A DNA stretch of 58,661 nucleotides from an uncultured Acidobacteriota bacterium (GTDB lineage Bacteria > Acidobacteriota > Polarisedimenticolia > J045), in the NCBI GenBank assembly GCA_963702425.1, contig CAVPCQ010000034.1, positions 1 through 58,661 of the forward strand, given 5' to 3'. Positions within the stretch are counted from its first letter, which is position 1. Each line of letters begins with the position of its first letter. The notes beneath the pieces are model-generated. The model was not told the DNA's origin and made no database searches. It worked only from the letters and a program-made list of their open reading frames with translations. Below, piece by piece: positions 30,469 to 40,496 of this stretch. Made by a program: the position numbers and the translations under genes.

Positions 30469-31941
30469 GTGAGACGCCTGGTCTTCCTGCTGATCGCCCT
30501 GGCCCTGCTCGCCGCGGGTTGCAACCGGCCAGGCCCTTCCGTGATCCTCGTCTCGATCGATTCCCTGCGCGCCGACGAGCTCGATCGTACGGTGGGAGGA
30601 AAGGCGGTCGCGCCGCGGCTGTCCGCGCTGGCCAAGGAATCGCTCCGCTTCGACCGGGCCGTGGCCGCAGCCCCCTGGACCACTCCTTCGATGATGACGG
30701 TCATGACCGGCCTGCACCCGCGCGCGCATGGCGTCGCCGCCTATGACCGCATGGTCTCTCCGTCCGTGCCCCAGCTCGCCCAGCAGTTCAAGGACGCCGG
30801 CTACGCGACGGCGGCCTTCGTGCCGGCCGCCACGCTCCGGACGTCGTTCGGCTTCGGTGCCGGATTCGACGTCTATACGGAGGAGCACTACGGCCACGAC
30901 AAGCGCTCCTCGAAGCAGCTCGTGCGCGCCGTGACGGAGCAGCTCGCCGCCTTCAACGGGAAGCCGTTCTTCCTCTGGGTGCACCTATGGGATCCGCACT
31001 ACGACTACATCCCGCCGCCGCAGTTCGATCTGTTCCCGCAGGGTGAGCGTCCTCCCAGCGAGGACCTGCAGTGCCTGCGGTGGTACGAGAACGCCGTCAC
31101 CCCGGCCCAGGCGCTCTACCTGAAGGGGCGCTACGAGGGCGAGGTCCTGTTCACCGACAAGTTCTTTGGCAATCTGCTGGACACGCTGGGCCGCGAGGGA
31201 CTCGCCGACACGACGGTCCTGGCGGTGATGGGTGATCACGGCGAGGCCTTCCTCGAGCACGGATGGCTGACCCACGCGGGGCGCGTCGACGAGCCGGTCG
31301 TGCACGTGCCGCTGATGCTGCGCTGGCCCGGTCACATCGCTCCGCGGCGCGAGGCGGCTGTGGTCTCGACCGCGCAGCTCGGCCGGACGCTCCTGCAGCT
31401 GGTGGGACTGAGCCCCGAGAAGTTCGGCATGGAAGAGGCGCTGCCGCTGGTCGAGCGACCGCAGGATCCGGCGGTCGAGCCGATCGCGATGACCGAGACG
31501 CTGCGCGACGCGTGCTTCACCGGGCTGGTCGGACAGCGCTACAAGTACGTCGTCGAGCACCGGTCCTGCCGCGAGAATCTCTTCGACCTCGCCGCGGACC
31601 CCGGCGAGCAGAACGACCTCGCCGCCGCCCAGCCGGAGCAGCTGGCGCGCTACCGCGCGATCCTGTTGGAGCGCCTGACGAAGCTGGCCGACGCTAGGAT
31701 TCCGCAGGCGTCGCAACCGCCCGAGGTAGTGCAGTCGCTGGAGAAGGCGCTGCGCTCGATCGGCTATGTCGGCAAGAAGCGCGCGGCGGGCGAGGCCGAT
31801 GGGCCGGAGTGCCCCGTCGCGACGGGCGCCGTCCGGCCGGTTCCTATGGGCGAGCCCGGCGGGCCGGCGTGTCCGTCGGAAGGGGCGATGCGGTGCCTGG
31901 GCGGGCAGCGCGCGACGCGGACGGAGGCCGGGACACGGTAG
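30469..31941 (+). CDS. Sulfatase/alkaline-phosphatase-superfamily lipoprotein
   Basis: LAAGC lipobox; SIDSLRAD, APWTTPSMMTVMTG, HLWDPH, GDHGEAFLEHG, LFDLAADPGE, LRSIGYV. Confidence 0.9.
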   Translation: MRRLVFLLIALALLAAGCNRPGPSVILVSIDSLRADELDRTVGGKAVAPRLSALAKESLRFDRAVAAAPWTTPSMMTVMTGLHPRAHGVAAYDRMVSPSVPQLAQQFKDAGYATAAFVPAATLRTSFGFGAGFDVYTEEHYGHDKRSSKQLVRAVTEQLAAFNGKPFFLWVHLWDPHYDYIPPPQFDLFPQGERPPSEDLQCLRWYENAVTPAQALYLKGRYEGEVLFTDKFFGNLLDTLGREGLADTTVLAVMGDHGEAFLEHGWLTHAGRVDEPVVHVPLMLRWPGHIAPRREAAVVSTAQLGRTLLQLVGLSPEKFGMEEALPLVERPQDPAVEPIAMTETLRDACFTGLVGQRYKYVVEHRSCRENLFDLAADPGEQNDLAAAQPEQLARYRAILLERLTKLADARIPQASQPPEVVQSLEKALRSIGYVGKKRAAGEADGPECPVATGAVRPVPMGEPGGPACPSEGAMRCLGGQRATRTEAGTR

Positions 31942-31949
31942 CCGAGGCT

Positions 31950-32200
31950 TGTTCCTCGCCCTGACCCCGGCCGCCTTGCCCCTCAACGAGTTGCGATCCT
32001 CTGCCGGATTCCCGAATCGACCGCGGACGCCCTCCGTTGCTCTCAGCCTCTACCGCCGTCATCGCTCGTCGATGCTCAACTGCGTCCTTGCCGTCGCCTG
32101 GACTCGCGTCGCGATCTTCGCCAGCGGCGCCGACTTCTTCATCGAGAACCTCGCGCTCCGCCGGCACCCTGTCCTCCTCCAGACGAAGAACCCCCGGCGC
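31950..32200 (+). mobile_element. Degenerate 5' scar of an integrase-core (rve) transposase element, copy 1
   Basis: Homologous over about 240 bp to 47874-48125; encodes decayed MLN..LAVA....AIFA..AD...ENLALR. Confidence 0.7.
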
Positions 32201-32244
32201 AGCGCTGCGATGGCAGGAACGGATCGCTGCCGCTCCTGATTGCG

Positions 32245-35200
32245 CTATGGACACGCGCGTCCGGTGCGCGCCACGCCATTCGATCTCGTGCCAAGCGTGC
32301 CCGTCCCGCAAGAGTTCTCGGCCCGCACCAGATAGAAGTACGCGTTCGCCGCCAGGGGCTTCGCCGGTTCCGCGGTCGTGCTGTCCGCGCCGTTGGACTC
32401 GAGGCACGTCGCAGCCGCGCCGAAATCGGCCGCGCTGCTCGAGCGCAACGTGTCGTAAAGTGGCGCGGTGCCGCCAGGACTCAGCGGCGCGCTCCAACTC
32501 AACGCCGTCGTCGTCGAGAACGTCAGCGTGCGCACTTCACCCGGAATCGACCACACGGTGTTAATCGCGTCATTGCAGTCGAGCTCGGGACCGAAGCGCC
32601 CGTCGCCATCATCATCCGAAAGGCCCAGCGCCGAGTTGGAGCGTATCGCGTGGTAGTCGCTGCGGTGATCGACCCACGCCACGTGAGTCCACTTGTCCGG
32701 GCTGAAACTGAGCGCAGGCCACGTCGAGTCGGAGCAGCCGGGGCCGTCGCCGGCCTCGACCCGGATCGAACCCGTGTGCCACGTCAGGCCGGCGTTCTCC
32801 GAGTAGTTGACATAGGTATCGAACCCGGGTTTGCCGCTGCAGCTGTTCCGGTTGTCGACCCAGGCCACGCGTGCGCTGCTGCCGCGAAGCGCCACTGCCG
32901 GCACGAGGAACCCCAGATTCATCGCCGACTCGTGAGCGCCTGGCGCATCTCCCGTGTCGACCTGCACCGCATTTGCGAGCCAGCTCGAGCCCTGGTCCGT
33001 GGAGCGGTTCGCGAAGAGCTGGTCCTTCCCCGTACGGTCGTCGGTCCAGGTCACGAGGACGTTCCCCGCATCGGCAGCCATCACGACGTTGAACGAACTG
33101 TTAACACCGGGTGCGTCGCCATCGACCCGCTGCTCCGCGCTCCAGGGCGGATCGCCGTTGACCACAGACCGTCTAATGAACACGTCGAACGCACCGTTAC
33201 GCGCGTCGAACCACGCAACGTAGACGCCTCCCGAGTTATCCGCAGCAATCGTGGTCCCATTGGGGCCCGCTCCGACGATTCCGCCGGCAAGGTCGATCGA
33301 TCCGCGCCACGTGTTGCCCGCATCCCAAGAGCGGTTGACGTAGTAGTGCCACGTTCCGAGCGGACCGTTGGCGGCGTTGATCAGAACATAGACGTGCCCA
33401 CCGGCATCGGCCGTCATGCCGTCGATCCAGGCTCCGGTGACACCGGTCCCGTTGACTTTCGCATCGGCTGGAAACTGCCAGGTCGAACCGCGGTCGTGCG
33501 AGACGTTGAAGTAGGCGTCCATGTCTTCGTCCAAACCCGAGCCGGTCGCGCGATCGTCGGACCAGCCGAGATAGACGTTGCCACTCGCATCGCACGACAG
33601 GAAAGCAGGATTGATCATGGAGGCCTGTGTCCCGGCGTGGTCGACACGAATCGGAGCCGCAAGCCACGTGCTGCAAACGTCACACGACCGATTGAGGTAT
33701 ACGGATGGACTCGAGCCGCTTCCTGGTTCGGTCCAAGCCACGTAGACGCATCCGTTCCCGTCGGCACAGACGCGCGGAACGAAGGACACCGCCGATCCTG
33801 TGCTCGTGCCGGTGTCGATCCGCACGTCGTTCGCACGCCAGGTTGCCCCGTGGTCCAGCGAGCAATTCGCGTAGATGTCCTGGCGTCCGTCGCGTTCGTC
33901 CATCCACGCCGTGAAGACTCGACCAGCCCCGTCGCTTGCAATGGCGGGCAACATCGCCGCACTGTTGTTCATGCTCGGCGCGCTGTCGATGCGGATGTCG
34001 GACGCGTTCCACGTGTCACCGCTGTTGGCCGAGTGGTTGACGAAGATGTCGTTATAGGCGCTCGCTCGCGCGTCGTTGCGGCGATCGTTCCAAAGCGCGA
34101 ACCACCCCGTTGACGTGTCATGCGCGAGCCGCACCTGGCGCGCGCTGGTTGTCGCTGCCGCGCCCGTGTCGAGACGCTGATCACCCAGCCACGTGCTACC
34201 GGTGTCGTGCGAACGATTGGCGTACGGCTCGACGCCACCGCGGCGCGTGTCGAGCCATACAACCCCTGCATCCGCTCCGGTCGCAGCGATGCGCGGCGCT
34301 GTGGAGGTGCCGCTGCTGTTACCCGGATCGAGTCGCTGGTCGGGGCTAACCCACGTGCCGCCGAAATTCGTCGAACGCGTCGCCCACACGTGAGTCGCAC
34401 CGGTGCGGTTGTCCTGCCATGCAACGTGAACTGCACCCGATGTGACCACGATGTCGGCCGCCTCCGCCTTCGTACCCGCGCTCGCGTGGTCGATACGGGC
34501 CGCGGTGCCCCATGTCGAACCATTGTTGGTGGACGAGTTGACATAGATCAGCGAGGACGCCCCCGAGGCACGCTGCCAGACCACGTAGAGGCGGGAGCCG
34601 GCTGGTTCGAGTGCAATGCGCGGCTTGCTCGATGTCGGTGTCGCGTCGTTGTCGAGACGCTTCGCACCGAGCCACGAGGCTCCACTCGTCGTTGTGCTGT
34701 TGGCCCAGATTCTTCCACTGTTGTCAGCCCACGCGACGTGCGCGAAACCGCCGGAACGAGCGACGAGGCTCAACGGGCTCACGCCGCTGTTACCGCCGTC
34801 GACGATCTGCGGCGCGCCCCATGTCAGGCCCGCGTCTGTCGAAGTACTTACCGAAACACTGTCCGTGGACCAACTCCACGACCATGCCGCATAGACCGTG
34901 CCCGATCCGTCGGTGGTGATTTCCGGTGATCCGAGCGTCTTCGTACCGCGGGACGCGTCGGTGTTGATGCGCTTGACCTCGCGCCATGTTGCGGCCCCGT
35001 CGATCGACGAGACCGCGTAGAGGTCTTCCTTGTCCGTGATCGCTTCCCGCCACAGGACGATGACTCGAGAGGAGGAATCGCAGGTGATGCGCACCTCAGG
35101 AGGACCAAACGGCAACATTCCCGCTGGGAGCGTGCGCTTCAAGCGCGTCGCTGCGGACCAGCTGGCACCGCCATTGGTCGTCTTGCTGAGATGGATGTCT

Positions 35201-35445
35201 CCCGCAAAACCGGACGCCCCGGCACTGTTGTCGATCCAAACCGCGTAGGCGACGTTGGACGACGGCGAGCAGATCTCGGCGCCAGACGAATCGCTCGGCC
35301 CTGCCAGGCCGGTTCGACGCAATGCGCGATCCGGAGAGGGGAATTGGCCAAGCGCGAGGCCTGGGACGGCAGCAGCGACCAGCGTGATCAGGACCATGCG
35401 TGCGGTGCTCAGTGATCTGGATCCAACGCAAACCGGTGTGGCCAT
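32245..35445 (-). CDS. Large secreted Asp-box/BNR-repeat (sialidase-like beta-propeller) protein with an FN3-like C-terminal domain
   Basis: About 15 S-x-D/N-x-G-x-T/S-W repeats; signal peptide; C-terminus YFYLVRAENSCGTGTLG...RTGRACP; visibly lower GC than its neighbours. Confidence 0.85.
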   Translation of the reverse strand: MATPVCVGSRSLSTARMVLITLVAAAVPGLALGQFPSPDRALRRTGLAGPSDSSGAEICSPSSNVAYAVWIDNSAGASGFAGDIHLSKTTNGGASWSAATRLKRTLPAGMLPFGPPEVRITCDSSSRVIVLWREAITDKEDLYAVSSIDGAATWREVKRINTDASRGTKTLGSPEITTDGSGTVYAAWSWSWSTDSVSVSTSTDAGLTWGAPQIVDGGNSGVSPLSLVARSGGFAHVAWADNSGRIWANSTTTSGASWLGAKRLDNDATPTSSKPRIALEPAGSRLYVVWQRASGASSLIYVNSSTNNGSTWGTAARIDHASAGTKAEAADIVVTSGAVHVAWQDNRTGATHVWATRSTNFGGTWVSPDQRLDPGNSSGTSTAPRIAATGADAGVVWLDTRRGGVEPYANRSHDTGSTWLGDQRLDTGAAATTSARQVRLAHDTSTGWFALWNDRRNDARASAYNDIFVNHSANSGDTWNASDIRIDSAPSMNNSAAMLPAIASDGAGRVFTAWMDERDGRQDIYANCSLDHGATWRANDVRIDTGTSTGSAVSFVPRVCADGNGCVYVAWTEPGSGSSPSVYLNRSCDVCSTWLAAPIRVDHAGTQASMINPAFLSCDASGNVYLGWSDDRATGSGLDEDMDAYFNVSHDRGSTWQFPADAKVNGTGVTGAWIDGMTADAGGHVYVLINAANGPLGTWHYYVNRSWDAGNTWRGSIDLAGGIVGAGPNGTTIAADNSGGVYVAWFDARNGAFDVFIRRSVVNGDPPWSAEQRVDGDAPGVNSSFNVVMAADAGNVLVTWTDDRTGKDQLFANRSTDQGSSWLANAVQVDTGDAPGAHESAMNLGFLVPAVALRGSSARVAWVDNRNSCSGKPGFDTYVNYSENAGLTWHTGSIRVEAGDGPGCSDSTWPALSFSPDKWTHVAWVDHRSDYHAIRSNSALGLSDDDGDGRFGPELDCNDAINTVWSIPGEVRTLTFSTTTALSWSAPLSPGGTAPLYDTLRSSSAADFGAAATCLESNGADSTTAEPAKPLAANAYFYLVRAENSCGTGTLGTRSNGVARTGRACP

Positions 35446-35679
35446 GGTGTCGTCCCCGTCCCGATCGAGCCGGCAACTCGCCGAGTCCTGCCAGCACGCG
35501 CGATTACCGTTCCATGCGTCGCGAGGCCGAACGGATCGGAGAGTCATCGCTCGCCGGCAGATGGTATGGCAAGAACGTTGTCGCAAAGCGGCGGAGCGGG
35601 ACACCCCTGCCCCGGCCAGCATCCAGGCCGCTGTTTCCGGCCACAGAGTATACGACGAGTTCCCGCCGGAGGTCCTCGC

Positions 35680-36245
35680 CGCGCAGGAAGACGTTGTCGT
35701 GCTTCAAGTAGGGCATGCCGCTGCGTGTCGGCTTGCGGGCCAGCCACTCGTGACCGTTGACGTAGACCTGGAGCTGCATTGGGAACCAGGTCTGGAGCTT
35801 GACGGCAATCAGGCCCAGCTCACGGTCCACGAAGTAGAAGTACGGGAGCAGGCACTTCCGCCGGGTGGATCGGACGTACGAGTCGTCATCCCAACGGAGC
35901 GCGAATGTCCAGCACAGCTCGAGCGTCGACAGGACGTACACCAGTCCTTCCGTGATCTCACTCCGCTCGGCGATCTTGCGCGCCTTCTCGGCCTTGCGGA
36001 CCCGCTCCGCGGAGTCCAGGAATGGTCGGCCCTGGCGCTGGGCCAGTTGACGCGCGTGCTGCTTCAAACGCTCGGCCTGCCCGATGAGGAAGGCCTTCAG
36101 GCCGTCGGGCCGGACCCCGTGGCGCTTGAGGAAGGGCGTGATCTCCCGACCCGAGAACGGCGGCAGGTAGCCGCGAAAGATCACCCGGTCGAAGCACGAG
36201 AGCGAGCCTCGGGTCTTGTCGGCGTGCTCGTCGAGGAAGGCGTCC
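35680..36245 (-). pseudogene. N-terminal fragment of a poorly characterised putative transposase family
   Basis: GSLSCFDRVIFRGYL...YFYFVDRELGLIAVKLQTWFPMQLQVYVNGHEWL...KHDNVF; family recalled from memory; truncated. Confidence 0.5.
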
Positions 36246-36371
36246 GAGGACCGATCGCACACTCGAGCGGCGTCCGAGGGCACGGGCCCTCACCGGATCG
36301 CGACGGTCATCGACTTGGTTGCGGCCAGAGCGCCGCGGCAGGCGCTGCTGGCCGCGACTCGACACCTTTTC

Positions 36372-36652
36372 GGGGTAGCACCGGCGGAGGGATGCGCAGC
36401 TGACTCGGGACCGCAGGCGTGTCAGCGCCTGCCACGGCGCCAGCTGGACGACCTCGCGCTCTCAGCGGGGAGGGGCGCTCGGAACCCGCCACGCCCCTCC
36501 CGGCACGAGGCGCCTTCCTCAGTCGTCGGACCACTCCGGGTCGGGATCGAACAGCCGGGCGGCGCCGGCGCGATCGGCTGCGGGCGGGCAGGCAGGCCGG
36601 GGCACTCCAGGATCGCCCCGGACCGCTACACCCGGATTGGATCTTGGCGAAG
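36372..36652 (-). mobile_element. IS91-like transposase C-terminus and downstream end fragment, copy A
   Basis: Decayed VRAILEC.GLPARPQPIAPA...LFDPDPEWSDD* (stop 36519-36521); shares CCCTCC..GCCGGTGCTACCC with copy B. Confidence 0.65.
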
Positions 36653-36739
36653 GGCTCCCGTCTCATACCTCCCACGTCCACCACCCAAGCTCTTTCTCCT
36701 CCCGGTGCCCGCGGCAACCGTAGCGGCCGCGTCCCGCTG

Positions 36740-39160
36740 TCACTGGCACTTGCTGGCGTCGACGACGTACCGGCCGGGGATGACCACCGAGGCCGTCCCT
36801 TCGTTCCCGCCGCAGTCAGACACGCGCACCGTCACCGTCGGATTCTCGAAGACCGTCCGGCCGCAATAGTTCGAGAGCCGGCAGCTGAACTCCCCGGGAG
36901 AGCTGGGGTTCTCGTCGCGGAGCAACCCGTCGCCGTCTCCGTAGTGCCAACCGTTGTAGAGCCAGCAGTCGTCCACCTGGAGGATCTCCTGAACGACATC
37001 GCCACGGGCGCCGTCGTCGTCGCTGTCGGTGAAGAAGGTCGCGAACGAAGCCAGATCCGAGAGCTGGCGCTGTCCGGACTTCGGCAGGATCGTCGCCGTC
37101 GGCGTTACGTGGTCCACCGTGAAGTCGAGCAGATTCGACGCCGTGTTGCCGCCCGGGTCGGTCGCCGAAGCGGTGACGAGATGGTCGCCATGCCCGTCGT
37201 ACTCGTTGTGCCAGTAGCCGGCTCCTGGCGGGTCGTAGTGCGCTCGAAGACGTGGGTCGCAGGGGTCGATGTACGAAACCCACACCCCGACCGTCTGCGA
37301 CGTGCAGTAACCCTTCTGCTCGGGAAAGACCAGCGAGGCCCAGGGCGGCGAAGTGTCCTGGACCTTCACGGTGGTGGTGTCCGAGTCCGCCAGGCCTCCC
37401 TTGTCGGTCACGATGAGCCGGATCTGGTGCTCGCCGAGCGGCATGATCGTCGGCGTCCACCCTCCAGTCGCGATGAGCTGATCGCGTTCGAACCACTCGT
37501 AGGCGCGAATGCCGTCCTCGTTTCCGGGAGCGGATTCCGGGTCGTGGCTCGCGGTCCCATTCAGGACGGCATAGGCTCCGTGATCTCTCTCGCAGTCGAC
37601 AGTCTGGTCGACGCCGGCGTCGGCTTCCGGCGGATAGCGGTTCACGTAGAGCTGCCACGCGCGCTCGTCTGCAGTAAGCCCTGCGGGGTCGATGCGCACG
37701 AAGGGCGAGGTCCGGTTCATGCCGACGCGCACCGTGTGCATCCCTGGCGTCAGATCGCCGGCCTCGACGGTGAACAACTCCGCCGCGGCGCCGGCGACGG
37801 GCGTTCCGTCGATCGACCACTGGAATAGCATCCGTCCCGGCTCGTGCGGAACCGGCGTCACGACGAAGTCAAGACTCTCGTCGTACATCACGCTGGATTC
37901 GAGCGAGGCGGGCGACGCGGCATCGATCGCTCCGACGCGCCGGAGCAGGCCGAGCGTCAGGCTCTCACGACACACTGCGCAAAAGGGCGAACTCGGGGAA
38001 CGCATCTTGCAGGTCTCGGACGGCCGGTAAGCACCGACCTCGGCGTATCCGCAGCCTTCGAAGGTCGAGACGTCCGGCTCGTCGAGCCAGTACCACCACT
38101 TGGCCTGCTCTCCCAGCATTTGCTCGGCTTGGCAGCCGGCGCAGTTCAAGGAAGGGACGGGAACGTCCAGGCAGCTTCTCGGAGCGTGAACCACGCCGGG
38201 GAGGAAGTACTCATCCCCCAACCCGCCGAGCGCGTGGCCCAGTTCGTGGGCGCAGACGGGGCCGGCGTCGACTTCACCGCACACCGTGAGGTTGCCCCCA
38301 GCAAATCCGCCAGAATGACGGACCCACAGGACAAGCGGCGTGGTCGTGAAGGGGGCGCAACGGTCCATGGCGGCGTGCACGTTCCGAAAGCAGTCGTCGA
38401 TGAAAGGGCGGCAGTCGAGCGCCGTGTCCGGGGGGCCGTGCTCGGGTCCGGAGACCCACCGCTCGGGGCCGGTCGCGTCGATCCGGTACACGTTGAACAG
38501 GCTTCTGTTGCTCGCGAACGGCTCGGTTCGGAACAGGTAATCGACGAGTTCACCGACAATGCTGCGGTATCCGCGCAGGTCCAGCGACGGGAGCACATCG
38601 CTCTCCACCCAGCCGTCGCCGATGATCGTCAGGTTGATTCGGTTCGCGAGAGGTCCGTTGTCGATCAGCTGGGTCACCGGCCACGGGCAGGGGGCCAGCG
38701 TTTTGGTGCCCGGCACCGCGGGCGGATCGAGCGGCAGCGCGGCGATCAGCGCGCCGTCCGCCGTGAACAGTTTCAGCAGCTTCGCTTCGTGTGGATCGAC
38801 CGGCAGCAGCACACCGAAGCTGCTCTCGGCCTGCTCGACCTCGCCGCCTTCGAACTTGCCGGACGGGCCGACTTGGTCGGTGACGACGATCGTGGGATCG
38901 CCGATGAAGCGCGAGTCGAGCAGACGACCGTCCGCGGCGTAGGTTTGCGCCGTCCAGCCGCCGAGCTCGCCGGGCGTTCGGGCCCGCGCAGGTGCGGGAT
39001 GGACATCGACGAGCGTCACGATTCCCGCACTGTAGTGCAGCTGCACCTGGAGGTGGCGGTCCGGCGACTGCGCGAGCGCGGAACTCAGCGCCGCCGCGAC
39101 GATGACGGTAAGACCGAATCGGACCATGAGCTTCAGCACGGTCGGGATGCAGCTCCGCAT
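36740..39160 (-). CDS. Secreted M64-family (IgA peptidase-like) metallopeptidase with PKD/Ig-like domains
   Basis: NRINLTIIGDGW, FNVYRID, AHELGHALGGLGDEY, FEGCGY...YRPSETCKMR...FCAVCRE; PEADAGVDQTV...LNGTASHDP PKD domain. Confidence 0.88.
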   Translation of the reverse strand: MRSCIPTVLKLMVRFGLTVIVAAALSSALAQSPDRHLQVQLHYSAGIVTLVDVHPAPARARTPGELGGWTAQTYAADGRLLDSRFIGDPTIVVTDQVGPSGKFEGGEVEQAESSFGVLLPVDPHEAKLLKLFTADGALIAALPLDPPAVPGTKTLAPCPWPVTQLIDNGPLANRINLTIIGDGWVESDVLPSLDLRGYRSIVGELVDYLFRTEPFASNRSLFNVYRIDATGPERWVSGPEHGPPDTALDCRPFIDDCFRNVHAAMDRCAPFTTTPLVLWVRHSGGFAGGNLTVCGEVDAGPVCAHELGHALGGLGDEYFLPGVVHAPRSCLDVPVPSLNCAGCQAEQMLGEQAKWWYWLDEPDVSTFEGCGYAEVGAYRPSETCKMRSPSSPFCAVCRESLTLGLLRRVGAIDAASPASLESSVMYDESLDFVVTPVPHEPGRMLFQWSIDGTPVAGAAAELFTVEAGDLTPGMHTVRVGMNRTSPFVRIDPAGLTADERAWQLYVNRYPPEADAGVDQTVDCERDHGAYAVLNGTASHDPESAPGNEDGIRAYEWFERDQLIATGGWTPTIMPLGEHQIRLIVTDKGGLADSDTTTVKVQDTSPPWASLVFPEQKGYCTSQTVGVWVSYIDPCDPRLRAHYDPPGAGYWHNEYDGHGDHLVTASATDPGGNTASNLLDFTVDHVTPTATILPKSGQRQLSDLASFATFFTDSDDDGARGDVVQEILQVDDCWLYNGWHYGDGDGLLRDENPSSPGEFSCRLSNYCGRTVFENPTVTVRVSDCGGNEGTASVVIPGRYVVDASKCQ

Positions 39161-39239
39161 GGATGGCTCCTCGCTGTGCCTTGCCGTAACCCCGTCGGCA
39201 TTGGCGGATAGCCGGCATTGTTCGCGTTCCAGCGCGGAC

Positions 39240-39536
39240 TCAGGGTAGCACCGGCAAGGAGGGACGGGGCCGACCCCGAGCTGAGGACGAGTCTCGGGGC
39301 CGCGTTGACGCCGGGTCGGCCGCTCCGCGTCCGCGGCCGGCCGAACTCACTCGGAGCCCGGCGGACCCTTCCCCGCGTGAGGCGCTCCCTCACTCGCGGG
39401 ACCACTCCGGATCGGGGTCGAACAGCCCGACGGATAGGCGGGCCGAGGCCACGGGCGGCGGTCGGGCCGGCAGGCTGAGGCGCTCCAGGATCGCCCCGGC
39501 CGTATCGGGCGGGAAGATCGGGGCGAGGATCCTCAT
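39240..39536 (-). mobile_element. IS91-like transposase C-terminus and downstream end fragment, copy B
   Basis: 39536-39390 reads MRILAPIFPPDTAGAILERLSLPARPPPVASARLSVGLFDPDPEWSRE*; direct repeat of copy A. Confidence 0.7.
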
Positions 39537-39544
39537 CGGCCCCT

Positions 39545-39900
39545 GAGTCGCGGTACCCGGCGTCGCGCACGTCCAGCAGCAAACGCTTGACGTCGCCGAA
39601 CGTCAGGTTTCGGTCGGCCTTGCCGAGCGCCGGTGTTTCCGGCGCGCGCTGCCAGGACGCGGATATCCGGGCGCGGAGAGGCGCCGGATTCAACTCGTCG
39701 TCACCAACGACGGTCCGCCCGTCACGTTCGACGACAACGAGCACCCGGCCGCGCCGCCCGGGCTTCGGCCGTGGGGCCTTCGCCGCGGGCAACGTCACGG
39801 GCTGTCCGGCCTGTAGCCTCGGCGTGACGACCATGAAATTGATCAGCAGTCCGAGCACGACGTCCACGAGCGGGGTCACGTCGACTTCGGCGCGGGGCGA
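39545..39900 (-). pseudogene. exbD: Degraded ExbD/TolR gene
   Basis: AEVDVTPLVDVVLGLLINFMVVTP...VTLP...KADRNLTFGDVKRLLLDVRDAG; no clear start, and cut by the IS91-like fragment. Confidence 0.7.
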
Positions 39901-39929
39901 TACGGAAGATCCTGCTGGAGTGTGCAAGG

Positions 39930-40496
39930 TCAGCGCCTCTCGCAGATGGCGACGAAGCGCCACGGACTGCGTGCCAGGCCGGTGAAGGGGTAGCAGGTGA
40001 CGAGGCTCAGCCGCGGGCCGCCCACCGGCTGCAGTACCGCCGTGTCTTCCGCCGCGACGATCCGCGTCGCGGTGACGCGCCAGTGCTCGGTCCCCGCCTG
40101 CGTCGTCACGACGATCTCGTCGCCGACCGCGACGTCGCGGAGGAACGCGGCCCACGAGTCGCGGTGCCCGGCGATCGCGCAATGGCCGTCCGTCCCCGGG
40201 CGCGCGGTCCCGTCCACGTGCCCGAGGCCGAACGCGAGCGTCCCGCCCGTGGCCCCGGACAGGACGGTCCGCACGACCCCAAGGCGCGGGACTTCGACCC
40301 GCGCCACGGGGTGGACGTCGGCCCACGACCACGGCCGATGCACTCCGCCGTCCGCGAGGTGCGCCGCCCACGCGCGCTCGATCAGCCGGCCGGCGAGCCA
40401 CGCCTTCACGCTCAGCCAGGCTTCCGTTCCGAGCAGCGTCGCGCCGCCGGCCGCGCTGGCCAGCGCGGCGACCAGCAGCAGGGGACGGGAGATCAT
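39930..40496 (-). CDS. Class GN (Gram-negative, marine-proteobacterial type) sortase
   Basis: VKAWLAGRLIERAW, PWSWADVHPVARVEVPRLG, LAFGLGH, IAGHRDS, LSLVTCYPF, conserved Arg in PWRF. Confidence 0.92.
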   Translation of the reverse strand: MISRPLLLVAALASAAGGATLLGTEAWLSVKAWLAGRLIERAWAAHLADGGVHRPWSWADVHPVARVEVPRLGVVRTVLSGATGGTLAFGLGHVDGTARPGTDGHCAIAGHRDSWAAFLRDVAVGDEIVVTTQAGTEHWRVTATRIVAAEDTAVLQPVGGPRLSLVTCYPFTGLARSPWRFVAICERR

